DNA of 64,000 bases from Macrostomum hystrix (taxonomy: Eukaryota; Animalia; Platyhelminthes): NCBI GenBank assembly GCA_950097015.1, contig CATNEN010000011.1, positions 4,402,001 to 4,466,000 of the forward strand, given 5' to 3'. The position numbers were made by a program, and so were the translations under genes. Within the stretch, counting starts at the first letter, position 1; each line of letters starts with the position of its first letter. The notes under the pieces are model-generated. The model saw only the letters and a list, made by a program, of their open reading frames with translations, searched no databases and was not told where the DNA came from. This document shows positions 56,922 through 64,000 of the stretch, one piece after another.

Positions 56922-58650
56922 CTGTGTTGGGCAAGTTACTTTAAAAAAAGTAACTTCCGGTCAAGTAACTTCCGGTTCTAAAGAAAGTAACTTCCGGTAG
57001 TAGTTCCGGTACCGGCACTCGAAAAAAAAGTAACTTCCGGTTCTTCGGCACCGGTACTTTCTACTTTTGAAAAATCGCGTGTTAAAGAAGGGCTTAATTA
57101 TGTTTTTATTATTAAAAAACTAATAAAAACATGCCTTTACAACTGCCAACTTGTCTAGAGTAAAACCAAGTGGAAAATGATTAAAATAAATTATTGAAAA
57201 CGAAAAATGAATATCTCAAAACCTATATTTTTATGGTTTTTGCTTCTTTTTCCAGCACTAAGGTTCAATCCTTGCTGTGGCAGTACTTTACCAATTACCA
57301 CTCAAAAGTTTGGCCTGCGCAACTAAAAAAGCTGAAAAGAATTTAGATCTGAATGTATTTTACACCATAACATTGCATTAAGTTTAAATTTGAATAAAGC
57401 GTGCGCAAATAGACTAAACGTGATCAGTAAAAAATGTAAATTCAAAAATTAAAAAATCGCGCCTCTGTTTGACGATAATTCGCGCCTGCCCTCAGAAATC
57501 GCATATTCGCGCCTCAATCACACCACTGAATAACTAACAACGCAAGTCTTACAAACTAATGACATCAAGTGACAACTCTAAAAAAGTGGAAAGAGTAGCT
57601 CTGTGGCGCTGCTGCCCTGCTGATAATTAACTTTATTAATTCAATAACCTTTTAAGCCCTGAAAAAACTACTTTGACATTTAGACAATTTAGCCTAGGTT
57701 AACAGCTGAGAAAAAAAGTTTGCATGCTTCTTAAAAGGAACCCCCGTAATTTAAACTTGAAAGCTTTAGCACTAGTGTAAAAGCTAGATATAGACAGTCA
57801 TGTTGCTTATCCAATTTTTCAAAGCAAAATACTTAGCTAGATGTGGCCATGGATGGTGTTGGGCCTTGCCATTAGGTGTCATCATCTCAATCTCATTCTC
57901 AGCAATCTCAGGATCAGTAAAATTAGAATTCAAAGCATTTTTCCTACTCCCTATCTTACTTCCAGTCCTAGACCTCTGGGTCTCAGCCTCACTTGCCTCA
58001 GACATCTCCGACACAACCATAGAAACCTCAGTTACCTCAGGCTCAACTCGAACCTCATAGTCATCGTAGGACTCAGACTTCCTCAGCCTCCATCAGCTCC
58101 CTGAGCTTAGCTATTAGTATACGGTAATTATTGAAAAGTTTAAAACAGTGCCAAATTGCCAATGTCAATGGCCAATGCCAATGCAATGCCCAATAAAATA
58201 GAATGGTGACCAGTCAGGGAAAGTGCCGTGTCAGTGACATATTGATGTACAAAGTTAAAGTCAAATTCAATGCTGCCTTTTTTGTACAAAGTAAAGATAC
58301 TAAAAAAACTGTTAAAAAGGAAAAAATTAAGTTACTCTTCAGTCTTCATTCTTCAATTTAATTTTTAAAGAACCAAGTTGTTAAAATTCACCAACTAAAT
58401 AAAATTCAACATTTCTCGGCATTTCTTACGACATTATGAACTGATGATATGAAAATTCTTTCAATTTGTTTTCTTTACTTTCTTTCTCTTTTTTTCTCTG
58501 CGTTTAAAAAAGTGCCGGAAGTACCGGACTTAACAAAAAGTAACTTCCGATACCCTAGTCCGGCACTACAAAAAAAAGAACCCGAAAAAGTGCCGCATTA
58601 AAAAACAGTAACTTCCGGCACAAAAAGTGCCGGAAGGTTGCCCAACACTG
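56922..58650 (-). mobile_element. Non-autonomous hAT deletion derivative
   Basis: TIR C(T/A)GTGTTGGGCAA at both ends, AAGTAACTTCCGG subterminal repeats, internal transposase remnants. No matching 8-bp TSD. Confidence 0.75.
57784..58093 (-). pseudogene. hAT transposase N-terminal remnant
   Basis: Acidic leader followed by HPWPHLAKYF, the start of a BED-finger region. A possible C-terminal FSCAGQTF remnant lies near 57310-57335. Confidence 0.55.
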
Positions 58651-59274
58651 AGTCCTTAGCTATTTCGGTAAAACACAGAAACATTTAAAAGTAACATTCA
58701 AAAGATCGACAAAGCAAATTTTGGTAATTTTTTAGAAAATAAAAAATAAAACACGGTGAAATTACTATATAATAGAAGAAAAAACATTTTACCAGGATAT
58801 AATGTATTTCAGCAGCCTGCTTATCTTAAATGACCTTGCAAGATCGTACAGTGGCCGGCAGATCTGCTAAGATGTACAAGGCAAAACAGATCTGGTAAAG
58901 ATGGTGTGAGCAGAATGTTATCTAGGGATACGGGTCAGATAAAGTTCAATCGCAAAGCTAGAAAGCATTGACTAAAAAGCCATGAGACCTATATAAGGAC
59001 AGGAAAATTTCAATTAGCTTGACATTTGTAAGCTTATCGCATGCCACAAGCCTGCGATCAAACTTCACTTTCGAGTACGTGCAACAGCGCACGCATGCAT
59101 GCATAGAAAGAGCAAATTGCACGTCTGCACATTTAAGAAACTGGTTAGTAAAATAAGTATGGAGAGATACCCAATAATGATGAGAAATGTGATTAACACA
59201 TAGCGAACAATATTAAATCAAATTATTACTACAATGTTTTATTGTGGGCAAAAAATAAAATGTACTATTATATA

Positions 59275-59533
59275 AATCAGCGTTGTTTTTGTGACTTCCA
59301 ACTAATAGACAACGCCTCCCTAACCACAACGCTATTCAACGCTATTCAACGCTAAATCAACGCCCACTCTATAATGGCGTATTTTACTAGCAAGGACGCC
59401 ATTTCCATTTGTATGCAATAGGTAGTAAGAAAAAAGGCACGTTTTCTTTAAAAACTGAAAAATACCGCACTCAACGGTGATACAACTAACAACGGTCAAA
59501 CAACGTTGTTCCAACGACGGCTGTCCCACTGTG
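59275..59533. mobile_element. Possible orphan CACAG-type transposon end with CAACG subterminal repeats
   Basis: Many CAACG(C/G/T) motifs ending in CTGTCCCACTGTG followed by TA. No partner end seen. Confidence 0.4.
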
Positions 59534-59945
59534 TAGTCCACCGCGCATAGTCCAAGCATGAAACGAGGTCATTTAATTAACAGTGCGGTAAATTCCGCAT
59601 AGTCCGCCGCATATAGCTATAGTCCACCGCATAGTCCAAGCCTGAAATGAGGTCACTTAAACAGTGTGGTAAATTCCGCATAGTCCACCGCTTAGTCCAA
59701 GCCTGAAATGAGGTCATTTAAACATGCGGTAAATTCCGCATAGTCCACCGCATAGTCCAAGCCTGAAATGAGGTCATTTAAACAGTGTGGTAAATTCTGC
59801 ATAGCTAGTCCACCGCTTAGTCCAAGCCTGAATTAATGAGGTCATTTAAACATGCGGTAAATTCCGCATAGTCCACCGCATAGTCCAAGCCTGAAATGAG
59901 GTCATTTAAACAGTGCGGTAAATTCCGCATAGTCCACCGCATAAT
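59534..59945. repeat. About 60-bp minisatellite, about 6.5 copies
   Basis: Unit TAGTCCACCGCATAGTCCAAGCCTGAAATGAGGTCATTTAAACAGTGCGGTAAATTCCGCA. Confidence 0.93.
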
Positions 59946-60361
59946 AAGGTTTGTTAAACAGTGCGGTTTTTTTAACATGTTATAAACAGTGCGGTAAAAT
60001 GTCGCTAACGCGTCCATACGCATGATGGTCATGAGGCAAAGGCAATTGCAAAGGCTATAGGTAGGCCTAGCTACATGATAAAAAATTTGGAAAGCATAAC
60101 AAAAGTCAATAAGAGAAACTGAGTTTTACTACTGCCTGGGGGTTGGTGGCAGAGCAGTTATTGTGTTTGCCTCTCGCACTCGCACCACAGTCCATAAGTT
60201 TGATTCCACAGTGAGGCTTAATATATATATTCATTTGGTGCGCAGCTGCAGAGAGAAGGCTTTTGGGGCTTGTTTGCAAATTATGCCCATGAGGGCCAAC
60301 ATCCAATTAGGCACTGGGAAATTTACACTGCCTGACTTTGAGAAAGTCAGGGCAGATGTAC

Positions 60362-60978
60362 CAGTGGCGTATCCAAGGGGGGGGGATGGGGGGGATACAT
60401 CCCCCCCGAAGGGCTGAAGAAAAAAAATTTAGGTAATGAATTTTTTACACTTTTGCTTATTTTATCTGTGACTGGAGTGACGGGAGCCTGCCTGCCAAGT
60501 GCCACTGCCAGTAAATGTACGAGCAGATTACAGAATAGTGAGAATACAGATGGCATAATGAGATTTGAAAAGACCCTTGCCCTTCATTTAGAGTTAAGTT
60601 CCTCAACTCTAAGTTCCTTGCCGGGGGGAGGGGGCAAGGGAGACGGGCGGGGGGAGGGTTGAAGGAAGGAAGCTAGCTATTTTTCAATTCCTGCCCTGTC
60701 TTATAGATTATATGTAATTATGTGATTAGCTAATTAACTGGAATAGAATGCATAGCTGGTCGACTTTTTACACGCTCAATAAAATAAACAATGATTGATG
60801 TTGATGTCTCATCCTTAGTAGCAACATTTAATTGAGTTAAACTTGGAGAGGTCCGGTCCTCATCAATTTTGTTTTATACGAGTACAATAAGGATAAACGA
60901 AAAACGAAAATAGAGTGCAATCGTTTTCAAAAGTACTTTTGCATCCCCCCCCGAAACAAAATCCTGGTTACGCGCCTG
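60362..60978. mobile_element. hAT-type MITE (617 bp)
   Basis: Imperfect TIRs CAGTGGCGTATCCAAG / CCTGGTTACGCGCCTG and a perfect 8-bp TSD AGATGTAC. Confidence 0.92.
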
Positions 60979-62072
60979 AGATGTACACACCTGTGAGCAT
61001 GTGCCTGCATACAGTATGTATGTGGGTCTAAAGTACTTCCCGGTCCGCAACAACCACGCCAGCTACCGAATTTTTAATATTGCCTGTGCCACATCTACAA
61101 CTTAACAATTTCTGTAAAGCGACCTTAGTTAAGCGTGTGCCATTGCTTTTCGGTGACCTTGTAGGCTGGGCTTCGACGCTGGGGGTGATTAAAAAACCCG
61201 GGAATGTAAAATACGGTTGCTGGAACGGTAGATGTTATTTTGTAATAAATTAATAAATAAATAAATTTGTAAGAAAAGAATAAATTCAAAATTCAAGACG
61301 TTGACCACCCGAGCTACTTTAAACTGCGCAAAGCAAATAAAATAATAGGAATCTCGAATATTGCCTTCCTCCTATGGGCTTATATATATTTTTGGAGGAA
61401 TCTCGAACATTGCCTTCCTCCTATGGGCTTGTATATATTTTTGTATATATACTTATATTTATATTTGTATATTTTGTTCCTATATATATATATATGTACT
61501 CTATAATTTAGTAAAGGTGGTGTTCTAATTTGTCGAAATATTACAGATCCTATACTAGCTATAAGCCTTGCAATGCCTTAGTTGCCTAGTTGAGGGTGAA
61601 GATGCATTTTTACAATGTATGTAGTATTTATAATATAATGCATGCTCCACGAAGTTAATGGTCCTTCTAAATATAGCTTTTTTCTATGGCCTTCTCTAAG
61701 CTGATTTTATAATAGGCCTTTTCCTATAGAAAGGATACTATACTATAAAAAACCTCTGCTAAGTTGTTTGCTTACCCAAAAGAAAGCAAAAGTTGTTTGC
61801 TAAAGAAAAGTAGGCTAATAAATGGATGCATAATTGTGAATATACAAAGATCCATCACCATGTTAATAATGATAGGCATAAAGGTAAATCTTGAAAGTCT
61901 AGTCTATTAATGTAAAAGGATTTATTTTGTCTATAATTAACCAAGGTGTTCTTTTGTCACATTGGTTTTTGGGGGTAAACTTTGAAGAAAAGTATACTGG
62001 TAGCAATCTTACTAAATATATTTAGCAGGAATCAAAATGTTGCACTGCAAATGATATTTTGGATTTGATACT

Positions 62073-62469
62073 TCGATCCAGCTTGTAACAACTCGATCCA
62101 ACCTCAATCCAACTTCGATCCAACTTCTAACAACTCGATCCAACCTCAATGCAACCTCGATCCAACTTTAATCCAACTTCTAACAACTCGATCCAACCTC
62201 AATCCAACTTCTAACAACTCGATCCAACCTCAATGCAACCTCGATCCAACTTTGATCCAACTTCTAACAACTCGATCCAACCTCAATCCAACCTCGATCC
62301 AACTTTGATCCAACTTCTAACAACTAGATCCAACCTCAATGCAACCTCGATCCAACTTTGATCCAACTTCTAACAACTCGATCCAACCTCAATCCAACCT
62401 CGATCCAACTTTGATCCAACTTCTAACAACTCGATCCAACCTCAATGCAACCTCGATCCAACTTCGATC
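62073..62469. repeat. Minisatellite of about 11-bp TCGATCCAAC-type subunits in about 55-bp higher-order units
   Basis: Recurring TTCTAACAAC-TCGATCCAACC-TCAAT(G/C)CAACC-TCGATCCAACT-TTGATCCAAC. Confidence 0.92.
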
Positions 62470-62572
62470 GAAGTATATTGATTATCGAATATGATGAAGC
62501 ATAGCGAAGTGTTATCATATATCCGCCAGTTCTTGTCTTCAGTTTCGTTTATTTCTTTTCACACTTTTTCAG

Positions 62573-63880
62573 GAGAAGCTGCTGAAGAGTTCCTGCGACG
62601 CAGACCTTCCGGATCCCGGGCCTGTTTTACCCTGTCCTACGCTGCCGTCTATTGTTGTCTTCTCTCTGTCTGACGGCCAAGCAATTGACACTGTTTGTCA
62701 ACGTCTCTGTGCGTGTACTCGAGCTTTTAGTGCCCTGAAGATTCGAGTTCGCGAAGGTTTCCGTCGATGCGGTCACGATCAAGTTGCTGTCGTACAGCTG
62801 GTCGCTGATTCGACTAAAGCAGCCTTCCTACACAGTGTTTACGGCAGCGGTGGAAAGTGCCAGGCGGAGCATAGAAGAAACGGAGCTATTTGGTTGCAAG
62901 CAGCAGTTCATCCAACAGTTCTAAGTCCGACTGAAAATGCTTCTTTCTCTTCGCGCCGTCAGCCTGCAATTTGGCGCTTGCCTTCAAGTCGGCCGGTACA
63001 GCGTTTGCGTCAACAGGTACTGCACGATATTCGGCAGTTGATTGCTGTCGCCGACATCACTGCGCTCCGAACACTATCTGCTTTTATTCGCTGCTTGTCT
63101 AGCATGCAGCGAATGCCTCAAAGGCGGCGACGACGAACACAGAACGGAAACCAACTGTATGCGGACGAGCGGCAGCAGGAAGAGGAAGAGAGGAAGAAGC
63201 AGCAGCAGGAAGAGGAAGAGAGGAAGAAGCAGCAGGAAGAGGAAGAGAGGAAGAAGCAGCAGCAGGAAGAGGAAGAGAGGAAGAAGCAGCAGGAAGAGGA
63301 AGAGAGGAAGAAGCAGCAGCAGGAAGAGGAAGAGAGGAAGAAGCAGCAGGAAGAGGAAGAGAGGAAGAAGCAGCAGCAGGAAGAGGAAGAGAGGAAGAAG
63401 CAGCAGGAAGAGAGGAAGAAGCAGCAGCAGGAAGAGGAAGAGAGGAAGAAGCAGCAGGAAGAGGAAGAGAGGAAGAAGCAGCAGCAGGAAGAGGAAGAGA
63501 GGAAGAAGCAGCAGGAAGAGAGGAAGAAGCAGCAGCAGGAAGAGGAAGAGAGGAAGAAGCAGCAGGAAGAGGAAGAGAGGAAGAAGCAGCAGGAAGAGGA
63601 AGAGAGGAAGAAGCAGCAGCAGGAAGAGGAAGAGAGGAAGAAGCAGCAGCAGGAAGAGGAAGAGAGGAAGAAGCAGCAGCAGCAGGAAGAGGAAGAGAGG
63701 AAGAAGCAGCAGCAGCAGGAAGAGGAAGAGAGGAAGCAGCAGCAGGAAGAGGAAGAGAGGAAGAAGCAGCTGGTTACAAAGACGAGAAAGCGAAATATGG
63801 AGATACTCAGTCGGACAGATCCCTTAGCTCCAAAACGAGCATTGCGGCAGCGTCTGCAGTTGGTCAAGAATAATCGGTAA
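62573..63880 (+). CDS. Possible terminal exon of an unknown protein with a long (EEEERKKQQQ)n tract
   Basis: Frame is open from a pyrimidine-rich TTTTTCAG acceptor at 62572 to TAA at 63880, about 107 codons longer than the ORF track. No recognisable domain. Confidence 0.4.
   Translation, partial: EKLLKSSCDADLPDPGPVLPCPTLPSIVVFSLSDGQAIDTVCQRLCACTRAFSALKIRVREGFRRCGHDQVAVVQLVADSTKAAFLHSVYGSGGKCQAEHRRNGAIWLQAAVHPTVLSPTENASFSSRRQPAIWRLPSSRPVQRLRQQVLHDIRQLIAVADITALRTLSAFIRCLSSMQRMPQRRRRRTQNGNQLYADERQQEEEERKKQQQEEEERKKQQEEEERKKQQQEEEERKKQQEEEERKKQQQEEEERKKQQEEEERKKQQQEEEERKKQQEERKKQQQEEEERKKQQEEEERKKQQQEEEERKKQQEERKKQQQEEEERKKQQEEEERKKQQEEEERKKQQQEEEERKKQQQEEEERKKQQQQEEEERKKQQQQEEEERKQQQEEEERKKQLVTKTRKRNMEILSRTDPLAPKRALRQRLQLVKNNR
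63170..63771 (+). repeat. T-free purine-rich repeat, units (CAG)2-4 GAA GAG GAA GAG AGG AAG AAG
   Basis: About 20 units, all multiples of 3 nt. Confidence 0.97.
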
Positions 63881-64000
63881 TAAAATCATATGGTAATGTG
63901 CTTAAAAAGGTATGCTAGTACATTTTTACGTCTCCGTTGCAGGCATCTTAGTAACCCTGAAGTCGTATTTTTCTGACAAAAACGTATCCTACATTTATTT

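Noticed and set aside
58848-58862. TA-CAGTGGCCGGC as a Tc1/mariner end
   Set aside because: No inverted partner or transposase found.
61348-61441. About 48-bp tandem duplication and nearby (AATA)n tail
   Set aside because: Simple local duplication; a retroelement 3' end could not be supported.
63042-63867. RS-rich (+) and Cys/Ser/Phe-rich (-) ORFs
   Set aside because: Alternative-frame and antisense readings of the same triplet-based repeat.

Overview
AT-rich eukaryotic (probably invertebrate animal) DNA made almost entirely of nested transposable elements. No host gene is confidently identifiable. The dominant component is a cluster of about 8 distinct EnSpm/CACTA-like (CMC superfamily) DNA transposons. 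Most pair a DDE transposase with a second, co-oriented gene encoding a BEN- or DUF4806-type putative DNA-binding protein, and most carry a family-specific array of short, often palindromic subterminal motifs. Two CMC elements look complete with intact transposase ORFs (16447-24260, 36830-43919); the rest are frameshifted, truncated or nested (44279-56622 is a three-level nest). Also present: a 5'-LTR-less Ty3/Gypsy element flanked by a 305-bp direct duplication; a full-length Loa/Lian-like non-LTR retrotransposon (12-bp TSD) whose 5' end folds into an HDV-like self-cleaving ribozyme; a probable solo LTR; a hAT deletion derivative; a hAT MITE with an 8-bp TSD; and several minisatellites, one derived from a transposon subterminal motif. 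Ten of 11 orientable elements lie on the minus strand. Domain and family names come from motif recognition by eye, not from database searches.
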